Positions 1 through 12,399 of a stretch of 64,000 nucleotides of DNA are shown piece by piece. Source of the DNA: Cirrosporium novae-zelandiae (taxonomy: Eukaryota); contig JAPETS010000001.1 of assembly GCA_026023565.1 (NCBI GenBank), positions 992,001 through 1,056,000 on the forward strand, in the 5' to 3' direction. Made by a program: the position numbers and the translations under genes. Under the pieces are notes generated by a model, which saw only the letters and a program-made list of their open reading frames with translations, searched no databases and was not told the DNA's origin. Positions within the stretch are counted from its first letter, which is position 1, and every line of letters begins with the position of its first letter.

Positions 1-529
1 TTTCCTCTATACGAAATTCGCCCGACGCATTGCCCTCACAATGGACTGAGAGTCATTTCCCTCGCAGATGAAACGAACAAGAGGGGCATATTGATTACTG
101 ATAGAGTATCATTGTTCCAGACCCTCCCACCTCCAAAATGCACAATGCACATGCTCATGTCTTGTCTATCGGAAGAAAATGCCACTTCCCTCCGAGTGAA
201 GGTGAGCATGCGAGGTTTGTATCCGTAGGGCTACCACATACTTATTAGTAAATTGTAGACCGCCTTTTGATCATGCTGAATATATCTATTCTTATCAATT
301 TATTGACATACTTAATGTCGGGACCTGAAGAGTTGGTTGTACTGTACTGTACATTTGGTGATTTGATAGGGCTGAACTTTCAACCTTCCACATCCTGAAG
401 CTAAAAGTTTTTTTTTTCTCTTTCCCTTTGGCAAGCTTCGTCATGGCAACAACACAATCAACTTTTGATTGTTCTCAACCTCCGCACTAGGAATAATTCG
501 ATCCCTCGGAGCTTTTTATTATTATTACC

Positions 530-1279
530 ATGTCTTCACCACAGCCGGATCAAGAAATGATGGATGCGGAACCTACTGCTGTAGATTCCGCTGCAGCTGT
601 GGAATCTCAGTGGCTCGAAGAGCTACGGATCAGAATTGTGAGTATAGTTAACTGTTCTTTTGCGTAACCATCTTTTACTTGTTTGGCCTTTACATCTTTG
701 CATGTATAGTAAACGAAAATTCTCATAATCTTTTTGCGCTTTTTTTTTGTTATCCTATGTGATATATTCTAGTTTGAATCTTAGTGCTTGATGGCACAAA
801 CTATTTTCTGTTTATTAGTAGTAGACGGTGTTAGGCCTTTTTTTTTAAAAAAAAAGCTCTTTATACTCGAACATTTATAATTCTTTTACTCATCTATATA
901 TAGCTCCCTGGCGCTACAGACACTGCAGTATCCTTCCAGATTGACAATGAAGACCACACACTTGGAAACGCTCTACGATATATGATTATGAAGAAGTACG
1001 TATTATTACTAGTTCTTTACCCCACGAGAAAAAAAAACCAATGGCAAATACTGCTACTAACATCTTCTTCACTCAAGCCCCGAAGTCGAGCTCTGCGGGT
1101 ACACGATTCCCCATCCAGCAGAAGCCAAAATGAACATCCGAATCCAAACCTTTGGCGATTACCTGGCAATCGACGCGCTAGAAAAGGGTCTCGACGATCT
1201 TTCCAGCCTCTGTGACGTTGTGACTGAAAAGTTTACGGTCGCAAGAGATGAGTTTAATGCCTTAAAAATGCAGGATTGA
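530..1279 (+). CDS. RPC19: RNA polymerase I/III shared subunit AC19 (RPAC2)
   Basis: Exons 530-637, 904-995 and 1078-1279 are joined by GT..AG introns. Translation includes [46 protein letters not shown], the RPB11/AC19 signature. TGA at 1277-1279. Confidence 0.95.
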
Positions 1280-1732
1280 TCAGCGTAGAGGGTGGTACTG
1301 GATCCAAGTGCGTGGAGTTAATGTTGATCCCATTGATCCGCTGTGGTTGTGTTGTTGTTAATCCTGCCGTCATCGGGGGTACGTCTGACGATGATCTGCA
1401 AGACTGGAGGACCGTGAGAGTGGACCGGTGTGGTGATCACTTATCTAACATGAATACGGATTTTCAAGAGTCCGAGTAATGACGACAAATGTATAACCAA
1501 CATAATGGTCATAAGCTGTCCACTTTACATTTTTCTAGGAGTTACGCCTCTGGGTGCTGTTGGAATCTGATTCTCTAAAGACTGGATAGGAAAAGTTTTT
1601 GTTATGAATGAGGGATAGAATCTTCGGTTTTTGTTGTTATATACAGTCAGCATAGACTCTCGAATATGCATCTCTAACTCCTAGACAATTGCAAGCAAAT
1701 ACAAAATCGAAGGAAACACGACGTTAGCTTCT

Positions 1733-2615
1733 TCATGTACGACCCTATGTTAGAGGCTGGTCAGCACTTATTCGTATTATAAATGCGTGACAGTGAGTCT
1801 AGTATAAGAATGCAACTTGAAAGGTCAAACTCACCTCCAAGAACCCTTCCATAAAATTCTTCGGAAGTCTTGATGTCTGCGGTTGTTCCTCCGTACGGAA
1901 GTATTTCATGACATGCTCGAGCTGTTTCCAGAAATTGAGGGTTTCCTAGGGGAGCCAATCCACAATTAGCATTATAATTCACCATAGTTTCAAACATCCC
2001 AATTGCCAGTTAGCCTCAAACCCCCACCCAACTCCGGAATCCTCCTCCCCATAATCACCTCACACACACCCTAGAGACCCGTTTTTTAAAAAGGGAATTC
2101 CGTACCTGAAACTCCGAGTGACTATTTGATATCAACACATCCACCGTCTTCAATTGATTGACGTATCGATGTCTCTCAAATTCCTGCCGCACTTTCGTTC
2201 GGATCTGCGAGACTGGCATATTGAGGGAGTACATAGTTTGGATTTCGGGTGACTACATTTTCGGGGCCAACATAGGATTAGCATCTGACGGCCTCGCTAG
2301 AACCAAAAATATCTGGTTTTGTCTTGAGTGGTAGAAACACGGGGTCTTTTGTATGTAAAATGCAGGCGGAGTGTGTATACGTCAAAGAACTCGAGGGTGA
2401 TAAAACATACGGCACGCAACCAGTCACGGTAACTAGAAAGGACTCTTCTTTTCGCATCCGCCCAATTGATAGCTATCATACATCATAAATCAGCATCATC
2501 ATCTCCTGGTGATTTCCAGTTCCCAACCATCGGAGATTCACGGGACCAGCATCAGAATTCGTTGGTACTTACAGGAGCGCGTTCTCTGCGCCAGATACGT
2601 AGCATTAATAACCAT
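1733..2615 (-). CDS. NDUFA6: NADH:ubiquinone oxidoreductase B14/14.8 kDa accessory subunit (LYR family, NDUFA6-like)
   Basis: Five exons (2615-2573, 2472-2411, 2252-2106, 1945-1835, 1744-1733) give [45 protein letters not shown]...RQEFERHRYVNQ...EFQETLNFWKQLEHVMKYF...FMEGFLEGRT*. Confidence 0.93.
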
Positions 2616-3112
2616 AATTGATTCGATATAGGAATTTTCGTGGGAGTAGAGGATTTCTAAAGAGCGGAGTAGTCTTAGAGATATGGGCGGAGGTGCTTGG
2701 GTTTATTGAAGCTGCAATTGGTGGTAAGTGACACTAGTTGGGAAATAAATGCAAATAGTGCAAACCCCCACTGCATTATTGATTATTTACGACTAGACAT
2801 GCATTGCAGGGAATAATTTCGAAAATTGAATTCCTCAGGAATTACGTTTCATGGAACTTCAATCGGGTTCTTTCCTCTCTTGAACTATGATACATCATGA
2901 TACATCCTGATATACGGTCGCGAGTAGGCAAACAAAACCAGGAGCCATCCGTCCAGGACACCATGCTTGAATTATCCAGAAAGCGTAACCTCCCCAAATT
3001 TGAAAAAAAAACTTCAATCTGCTATCATCCAGTCATTTACCACCCTAACAAGTCGCCTCTATAGCCGTCTTCATTACGCATGACCCGTTCATTAGAGACA
3101 AACATGGTTCTA

Positions 3113-4768
3113 CTACATCATAGACATCAAGGAATTATGGACGTATGCCTGTGAACACGTTAGTGAGCGCGACCCTGAGAATGTCGAGGTACACCTTACC
3201 ATTGGTTTAATGTCGGGATGAGGGACCGCCTCGAATTTGCGATAATCGAGCTTGTAGTCCGGACCAACATTGATATAAGCACCTTTGTTCTCCATGCTAT
3301 CGCAATATTTAGGCGCAGAGAAGACCGTAATACACCGTCCACTGTGCTCAACTTCGTACCCATCCATTCTGACTTCATGGGATCGAATAAGGGCTTCGAT
3401 TCCATTTTTCTTGCAGAACCTCTCGGTGACATCTGGCCCAAACTGAACGCCAACCCCTCTCTTGCTCGGCCCTCTTCCAGGCATTGTTTGGGGGTCCGTC
3501 CAGAGGATTTCCATCATCAGTCCTTGTTGGCCAGGCTGCTTCTGCTTATGCCTGTCTAGCTTCCGGATATCATCGAGGGTGATGTTATCATCCGAGAAGA
3601 GACCTCCGTGCAGCACTAAGTATTTGCTTCCGATTAGGGTTGCCAGTGGCAATGCAGAGAAGGACTCCGAGAAGAGTTTGAAGGTTCGTTCATTATATTT
3701 GGCCTTGCACTCGCCCTCAAACCCGTAGACGCGGTTCATATCATCAGCTTCGTGATTGCCTCGGTTCAGGAAGAAAGCTTTTGGACGGAACCATTTATAC
3801 GCATATAAGAGGAGAGCAATCTCTGTGGACCAGGAGCCTCGGTCAACAAAGTCACCATTGAAGAGATAGTGGTGCGTGTCTGTTGGAAAGCCATTGAGAC
3901 GAAATATTTCGAGTAGATCAAAGTATTGGCCTATTTATGATCTTAGTCTGCGTTTTAGCATCCATTTAAAACAGTGCTTACCATGAGTATCGCCACAGAT
4001 CGTTAGAGTCGTCTGTTTCTGTATCTCGATATCAACCATTGTTGGTTCCTCGTAAACAATATTCCTCACAGCCTTTATTATCTGGTAGACATATTTTTTA
4101 TGTAACCTTTTTCCATTTTTAAATCTCTCAATCATGTCGTCTATAAATTCCTGTGTCATTTCTTCTCCTAAGCGGACGCCGTCATACTTTTCTTCTACCA
4201 CCATTGAATCAATGTCCAGGTTCTCAAAAGGCGATGGTTCGTCTTCAACTTCAATGGCTTTCAAAAACTCGATTCTGCGGACAATTTTCTCGCACTCTGC
4301 AAGTTTTAATTTGGCGTCCTTGTCATTGGGCTTCTTTTTGACAACAGCTTTGAAATCCTTCAGGGCTTCTTTCGAGTTGAGAATGGCCGTGTTGGCGATC
4401 GCTCGTCGATAGTATGCCTTGATAACTATTAGTCTCGTAGGGCCCAAACTATATAGATCGAATTGATGAAATATGCCTTAACATAAGATGAGTCAAGCTC
4501 AATAGCTTTTGAAGCATCTGCAATTGCATAACCATAAGATTCGAGTTTTATGTTTGCCTAAGCCCCCAATTTATTAGCTATGAGCAACTAGATTAAGCAC
4601 GTGCGGGGCTTTCACAAGTACCTGTGCTCGATTACAATATAAAACAGCATCTTCGCCATTTTTCTCTATGGCTTTTGTATAGAAGTCAAGTGCTGTTGTA
4701 AAGTCATGTTGTGTAAAGGCCTTGTTGCCCTGCTGCTTGAAGGCAATAGCAGCCTCCGGATCGGTCAT
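3113..4768 (-). CDS. PPT1: Serine/threonine protein phosphatase 5 (TPR + PPP domain)
   Basis: N-terminal TPRs (KQQGNKAF...YTKAIE...YCNRAQ) and PPP motifs GDTHG, NGDFVDRG, RGNHE, HGGLF, SAPKYC. Multi-exon; ATG at 4768, TAG at 3113-3115. Confidence 0.96.
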
Positions 4769-5195
4769 TATGAAGTAGTCTGTGGGAGGATGCACTCTAA
4801 CAATGCGTACTGAGTGGAGAATGTGAATCGAATCAAGGGAATGTAAAGACAGGAGCGAAATTTATTGAGGAAAACCCAAAGATGAAAGGAGGGAAGATGT
4901 TCCTGGGATAGAAATGGAAATGGAAATGGGAATAAAATAAATTCTAGGCGTTGATAGAACATGCGGAGCAGCTAAACCCTACTTATCTACGAACTTCCAT
5001 CTAAACGCCGAGATCTGCTCAGTCGGTTAGAAACAAAGCTTCTTCTTCTCGACATTCATGTTTGGGAACTGTTAATTCTACTTAAGTAACTAAATGCAAC
5101 TACAACTTCGACGACCCATGACACAGCACAAATTTAATCGAAAATATTACACCTTTCTTTGAACTAAAAAAAGAAACAACATCCACAAGTTCAAC
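4769..5195. promoter_or_regulatory. Probable bidirectional promoter region PPT1/SPT4
   Basis: 427 bp between divergent start codons. Confidence 0.6.
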
Positions 5196-5742
5196 ATGAC
5201 GAATTATGTTGCCCCAGGACAACAACGAAACCTTCGCGCCTGTATGGTCTGCTCCATAGTCCAACTCTCATCTGTTAGTCACTCGCCATGAATACACTCC
5301 TTGGGCCTTCGCTAAATACTTGGATATCTAGAGATTCTTACGAGAAGGCTGTCCGAATTGTGAACCGTTTCTTGGGCTGGCCAATTCCCCGGATTCTATT
5401 CAGGAATGCACATCACAGGTCTTTGAGGGATTGATTACTGTGGCGGATCCAACACAGAGCTGGGTCGCAAGATGGCAAAGACTTGATGGATATGTACCCG
5501 GGGTTTATGCCGTCAAAGTAGTGGGAACAGTGAGTTCTACCTAATCTTGGAGTATGGCTAGAAAATGTGGCTGAGTTAAATATTTGTAGCTCCCAGAGGA
5601 TGTGATCCAGAACGTTGAAGACGCTGGTGTAAGATATATACCGTAAGCTTTTCCTGAATACCTCTTTGCCCGTATCTATTTAGATAATTGCTCATACTTG
5701 TTCAGACGGGATGGCACCGACACTGGCAAAGATGAAGTTTGA
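5196..5742 (+). CDS. SPT4: Transcription elongation factor Spt4
   Basis: Four exons, absent from the ORF track: [23 protein letters not shown]...[10 protein letters not shown]...[11 protein letters not shown]...[28 protein letters not shown]...YIPRDG. Zn-ribbon CxxC pairs present. Confidence 0.96.
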
Positions 5743-6268
5743 TGTCTCGCTGGGAGCTCCTCGAGGAGCAAAGTCTATTTCCTACTACTACTACTACTAC
5801 TGCGTTGAAGCGACTGTGAATTGGGCGTATAATAACAGGCGTTAAACGGTAGAAGAGAGATCAGAACCAAACGTTAAGAGAGTGGGCTTCGGGTTTTTTC
5901 ATGGGAAAGGCCTGCAAATTTACAATATTTCCAATGAATTAAAGAAATTGAATTACTAATCGAAATGTCATTTTTTAGTATCTTGAGCTATGCAGTGCCT
6001 TTGAATCCGGGTATCCTAGGACACTAATTTTAGCCACTGCTGGTTCCATCCAGCACTGGCAGTGTTCCTAGGTTCTGACTTAGAAATGGCATAATAATAA
6101 CACCCTATTGCCATGTATGGATGCATGCATTTTATACATCCCCTCACTTAAAAAAATTGCCATCTCGTCTATCACTACACGGCCCACGAATTCTCCCAAG
6201 AGTCATGGCCGTGGGGAGAGGGGGGCATGTGTGGTTGCGAGAGGGGGGGGTATGTGGATGATTTGAAT

Positions 6269-7851
6269 TTATGATTTGATGCACTTTTCCATTGCATCAA
6301 GGAATATATCGGCTGTTGATTCGATCATTAGCGTTGGCATTAGAACACGAGTGAAGAAAACATACCATGGTGCTGTTGGAATACTAGCATAGGCCGTAGG
6401 CGGATAGCGGTTGGTCCACAGCCTCCAACATTAACACCAACCGTCTTTGCTTTCTTGAGGATCTCATCTCTCCTTGGGCTATCCCAAGCAATAAATGTGC
6501 CTTGTCCCTTTCCTCGTAGATTCATAATTTCTCCTGGGTATTTCTTGCTCAGCTTCTCCAGACCACCATATAGGTAATCTCCAACCTTCTGCACGTTATC
6601 TAATAATTTCTTTGACTCAACCTCCTCGACAATACCACGGAATAGTACGGCTCTGGCAGGATCACCCATCCAAGTGTTAAATTGACGGTAAGGTTTGTTA
6701 GGTCTCAACTCCGGGTTTCCAAAATAGTAACCGGCAGCTTGGCACTTTTTTGAGAAAGTGACCATGTCTGGAGGATCTTCCATATTCCAGTGAGAGTGTG
6801 CCCAGAACTTGCCTGACGCGCCACCTCCAGTTTGCACTTCGTCCACGATCATCAAAACACCATGTTTCCTAGTAATCTGTCGGAGGCCCTTAAAGAACTC
6901 TGGTGATGCGTGATTGTCGCCACCTTCTGACTGCACAGGTTCAATTATAATAGCAGCAACTGGGCTGTGGAACTCCTTAATGATCTTCTTCACCTCTTCT
7001 AGACAGCGTTTCTCTTCTGCATTGTTCTCCTCTATATGGTCTTCCAGTGGATACTTTAAGGCTGGGAAAGGTGCTTTGGGCCAGTCAAAGGCTGGGATGT
7101 CGAGCTTGTGGATTGGTTTGCTGCGAGTGGTCGAAAGGCTGCCAAATAGACGGCCATGGAATGCGTGCGTGAATGACATGATGGAAAGATCGGGGGAGCC
7201 TGGTGCTTTGTTAAGCATGGTCGATGCCAGCTCCTCTTCGGTGAAGTCGGCACCCTCGCCTCGGTCCTTTCTGCGACGCCACATAAAAGCTGCTTTAAAG
7301 GCTGTTTCATTAGCGTCTGAACCAGACATGGCTGTGAAAACTTGATTGCATCCCTTCGGGGCAACCTTCAAGAGACCAGTCTTTAGTATCTCGGCCCAGT
7401 CATGTCGTGGGAAGTTTCCAAGAGCTGGACGATTCACGAGCGAGTCAATCATTGCTGGCGACTTTGCTGTTTCAATCAAATGGGGATTGCTATAGCCAAC
7501 AGGGATAGATGCAATCTGAGCATATACATCGAGAAGCATATTGCCATCCAGATCAGCGATGTAGTTGCCGATGCTTTTAGGGTAGCAGGCCATCATGTTC
7601 AGAGCCCTAGTATCAAAGACCTGGTCCAGCTCAGAAATTGCCTTTTGGCTCTTGGGACCAGGAATTGGGGTTTTGATGATGGGAGCGGACGGTTCGTCCG
7701 GGAAGTATGGCTTTTCTGAGGAACTCATCTTGAGGGCGGACGTTGTAAATCGCGCCTGTGTGCGAAAGTTGGGTACGAGCGTACGAGGGGTAGCAAGCCG
7801 AATGAGAGGTTGTAGACGAGAAGGACTGCGGATGAAGGTGAAGGTTGACAT
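6269..7851 (-). CDS. gatA: 4-aminobutyrate aminotransferase (GABA transaminase) with probable mitochondrial presequence
   Basis: Class III PLP aminotransferase motifs DVYAQIASIPVGY, FHGRLFGSLSTTRSK, IVDEVQTG and VTFSKK. Likely ATG at 7851. Intron 6365-6313; last exon ADIFLDAMEKCIKS*. Confidence 0.95.
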
Positions 7852-9238
7852 GATGACAGCCGGTGGAGATGATGCAATATATATTCCAATGCTCAAGAGA
7901 AGCGACAGGTGATTGATCAGATAGGCCGAGTATCGGGGAACAAGGGAGGATAATTCCCTCGAATCAGCAGATTCTATGACAAGTAGGGTGATTCTGGCTG
8001 GACCTTTGGCGATGCGAACCAGTTGGTGCGGGGCGGAGTGGCAAGGGCTGGGAAGTCTGAAATATACAATACGCAACTACCTAGGTAGGTAGTTTATTCT
8101 ATGTATATCGATTAATGTCAATGATACATTCCTAGAGCTTGATGAGTTGAATGGAAAGGAAATTTGAGAGGAGATTGTTCTAATATTCCAATGTTCTGGT
8201 TCAGGTGGCCAATAACACCCGATGAGAGAGAGAAAAAAACAATGAAAAGTGTTCAATTGACGGAGAAGTGCTCTAGATGAGGTATCTGATGAGGTATCCG
8301 ATGAGAAGATGAGATTATGAGATTATGGAGGGGTCGGGAGTCGGGAAGCTGTTAACAAGGTCTAGACTACCCGACAGGGAAAGTGGGAAAGGTGGGAGAA
8401 GTCCCCTCTTTCGTTGCCTTATCTATAAAGTATAAAAATTTACTTTTTCATTGTCATTCAACCAATGATATCTAAGTGGTACCTTGGATTAGATACAATA
8501 CTTAACAAAAACAGTCATCTTTCTATATCAATGCCTATCCCTCCCTGCCCTCTCGTCTCTGTGCCTTTAGTAGCTTTCTCTTTTCAAAATTCAAATGGTC
8601 ATGAGCTTTCCCAACCAAGATTCCATCATTGGGAAAAGCTAAAAACAATTTCGACAAAGAATTTACTGCGTAAGCCCCAGCCGCTAGGCTGCTTGTGGTA
8701 GTTCGACACCATATTCCAGAATCCGCAAATATAACAATTCCCACACTATTGTACAACCTTTGCCGTTTAAAACACCTTTGATTGGATCAATCTTGATCCT
8801 ATTACTGATCCTTCTTAGATAATCACCTCAGAAAATAACTAACTCAACAACGATGATGATAGAGAATAATAACCATGTGTATGTACATCCGCAGATTTCA
8901 TTCCAGATTGAAACCGGATGCATCGCTCCTCCCTACGGAGAACGCCGCTGGCTCATGCAACAAAACAAACCAAACTTCACTTCTTCCCTTTAAAGAATAT
9001 CTAATGTACACCCTCAACAATAAAAATTATAATGAACAGTGGCAGGGCCACCAATCTAGCATCAAAAGATCCTCATATCGAATCGCTGTGCCGACGTGGG
9101 CCGAGGGCTGGACCATTTAAAAGCACCGGAGATGCTCACACAACATCTCATGGCTATAGGGCATGGTCTTTCAAACGAGGGTCATGATTTTGCTACCCCG
9201 AGGGGCACCGTGCTTGATTGGTGGAATGTAGTGAACTA

Positions 9239-12200
9239 TCAAATATGGTTTGATGCCGAATCCTCTATGCTTTTGGAATCATCTGGAGGACTCGGGTCTT
9301 CAGACTGACGAGGAGTAAGAGGTACTTGTATGTGCACCAGATTAGAGACGCCACTTGGCTTTGGATGTTCGCTAGTAGTCTCGCTAAATTCTTCCACCGA
9401 TGTCGAGAGGATTGGTAAGGAGTGACTGGAAGGTTCAACTTTGCTGTCTTCCATCTTGACATCACTATCAAATTTATTCCATCCCTTCTCTGGTGAGCCT
9501 TGAACACCTGGAGAAGATGGGGGACTTTCATCCATCGGTACATCTTCATCTGGCGGCATATCTTCAATGGGTGGGGGAGGCGGGGGCGGAGGCGGGGGCG
9601 GGGGAGTCTGCGATCGGACCCTTTTGCTGGGGGTATCATCTTCTCCATGAAGACTCCCATTTGTCTCTTCTTCTAGGCCTCTCTTTCTTTTCAGATTGTC
9701 TCCGTTGATCGCGATCTCGTCAGATATCTCAGTCCGTGATGACTTGTTGTCGTCCTTCTCTTCTTCTTCTTCTTCTTCTTCTTCCTCCGTCAACATCATC
9801 TCCTCCTCATCTTCTTCCTTCTTGCTTGCTGTCTCAGGAGTTGCGGAAACCGATGGCGATGCGCTTGCTGCTGCTACCGTTACAACCTCCTTGGCTTTGC
9901 GGGCGGCTTTCTTTTTGTCGTGTTCCCGTTTCTTTGCGACCGCTTTATCAAAAAATTCCTTGACATATCTCTTGACTTGCTTTGCCCTATGATCTGATAT
10001 CTTTGTTGGATCATCAACACGTTTATGTGCATAGTCGGAATTGACAAGCTTTTTAGACACCTCTTTTGCAAACCTCTTAAGATCGCCATGAGGCAATTTT
10101 GACTTGTACTTATCCATAACATGTTTTACGTGAGGGAAAATCTTTACCCGTCAGACTAGGTGCTTTGAAATTAGAATGCAGACTTACTGTATTTTCATAA
10201 AGCTTTCGCTGTTTTTCTTCTGGATAGGACCGCCACTTTTCTTTCCCTGCCTTTTTCTTCTCTGCCGAGGTATCCTTAGTTGTCGCTTGGGGTGTTGGCG
10301 GCTGGGAACTCTCTTTTGGAGTATTCGCCTTCGCCTGGGTGATTGAGTCGATAATGTCTTGTAGTGCCTGGTTTTTGGCCTGCGTTGAGGGCTTTGGCGG
10401 CGGAGGGGGTGGTCGGGCTGAAGGCTGTGTAGGTCGATCCCATCGCACCTCTCCCGTGGCGTTGTAATAATAGGCTTTTCCCTCTTCAGAGATTGCGGGA
10501 AACCACCCCGCGGGAAGTGGAGGTGGACGATGGAACGGGGCCTTCGAAGGTCCATAAAATCCGGGGTGGCGACGAGGCACGTTGTTTCGTGGTCCACGAG
10601 GACCAGACCTGGATCGAGATCGCGAGCGGGAACCAGAACGGGATTTAGATCTTCCTCTACGATCCTCTTTCATAGTCGCACGACGTTCGGTTCTATTCTT
10701 TTCAGCTGCCGCAGTAGCATTAGGGTCTCTTTTCACTCTTCGAATCCGGTAGCCCACTTCGAGCTTACTCCATTCATCTAACAACGAAGCAACTCGCTTC
10801 TCGACTCTTTCGTCCCCGCAAGTTAAAACCGTCTTCATAGTATCTTCGATCTTTGAATCGATGATTTTATTCCGGGTGAGGCGAGGAAATCGATTAAGAA
10901 TGTCAAGAATCTGTAGAACAATATTGGAGTCATCTTTCCAAAGAACAAGTTGAGAGTTCAAAATCTGGTAACCATGCATCTTGAGGACCCTATTAATGAC
11001 ACTGTTATTGTCCGCGGATTGCTGAATTCGACCAAACAACTTGACAGCGATCCATTTTTCTTTGCATTGCATAAGAGTGGCCATGACTTTAGTAACGCCA
11101 TTCTCATCCAAAGATTTTGGTTGAACATTGCTAATGTATTCCTCGTCATCTTCGCCGGTCTTCCTCTTTCGTGGTTTCTTAGCGATTGCAGTATCCCAGC
11201 CATCACCATCATCAATACCTAGGGCTTCGATAGTGGCATTGGAGAGTTTGGTGGCACGCTCTGTTTGTGTTTTACCACCGATAAAGCCAGTACAATTGGG
11301 TTCACCGCAGTAGCATGGTTGTGGATTTGCACCATAACGATCGACGTTGTAGTTGAAGACAAGTTCCTCTCCGGCTAGGATTGCCCGCTCGGCAAAAATT
11401 CCCATGCGAAGCTTCTCACCAACCACCCACTTGTCAACATAGCAATTTGGGCTGCACGAATGATTGCAAAAGCGTCCCAAATTTCCTTTCTTGGTGGCAT
11501 CTATGAACTCGCCCTTGCTAAGAGACATAAAATAAAAATGTTTAATTCCCTCTTCGTCATATTGGCGCATCCGCTTCCGGAATTGAGGCTCGTTAATGAC
11601 TTCTCCAATATACTCGAAGATGAAATCGGCGGGTCGGAGATCGGAATTCGTTCGTAGACCGTAACCTTTCTTTTCAGTTTTGATGACAGAGACGTTGGCA
11701 TACTGCTTTTTCTGGAAGCGTTGGTTTTGACAATTTGCACCACACCCACAATCCCCATGACATTCCATCTTGGTTGCGCGATTGATGCAGTCAGAATCAT
11801 CACCGCACGCCAAATTTGTATTTGTTGATGCATCTGATGCCTAAGTTAGATAATTCAAGCCCATGTAAATCTCTACAGGATACCACCTGAGAATGTAGAA
11901 GACACTTACCCCACTCCTCTGGACATTCGCAATCCATGGACATATCACTATATCCCATATACTTATTTGAATACGTACAACTGTCAAGCACGCTAAATGT
12001 GCTTGTAGCTGTAGAAGTAGCATCTTCTAGGTGGTCGAAAAGCTGTGGAGGCCTTGGGATGGCCTTCTGTGAGGTACTGCGGGATAGTTTTGGCGGTTGC
12101 CCTGCCTCTACCTTCACGGTGATGTCTCCACCGACTTTTTCTTCGGGTGGCGACATTTTCACAGGAGAGTGCGAAGATCTTTGCCCTTTTACTGGAGAGA

Positions 12201-12399
12201 TGGATGCTCGTTGAGATGATGGTTGTGATGGTTTGTTGCTGGCGTTATCAGGTGTGGTTTCCTTGGAGTTACTGACGGTGACATGAATAGTGTCTGAAAT
12301 TGCCGTCCCATTAGGGGAGTCGGAAGGTTCCAATTTCATGTCTTTGAGCTCCTTGTCGACGGCCGTGGGGTTGCCGCCTCTCCCTTCGTGGTCGGACAT
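9239..12399 (-). CDS. SET2: Histone H3K36 methyltransferase Set2
   Basis: AWS/SET/post-SET ([27 protein letters not shown]), WW domain (LPAGWF...YYYN...VRWDRP) and SRI domain. Two introns join ORFs 11800-12399, 10110-11813 and 9239-10117. Confidence 0.96.

Noticed and set aside
7852..8076. 75-aa extension of gatA in the ORF track
   Set aside because: It begins at TTG with no protein-like features; ATG 7851 gives a sensible presequence.
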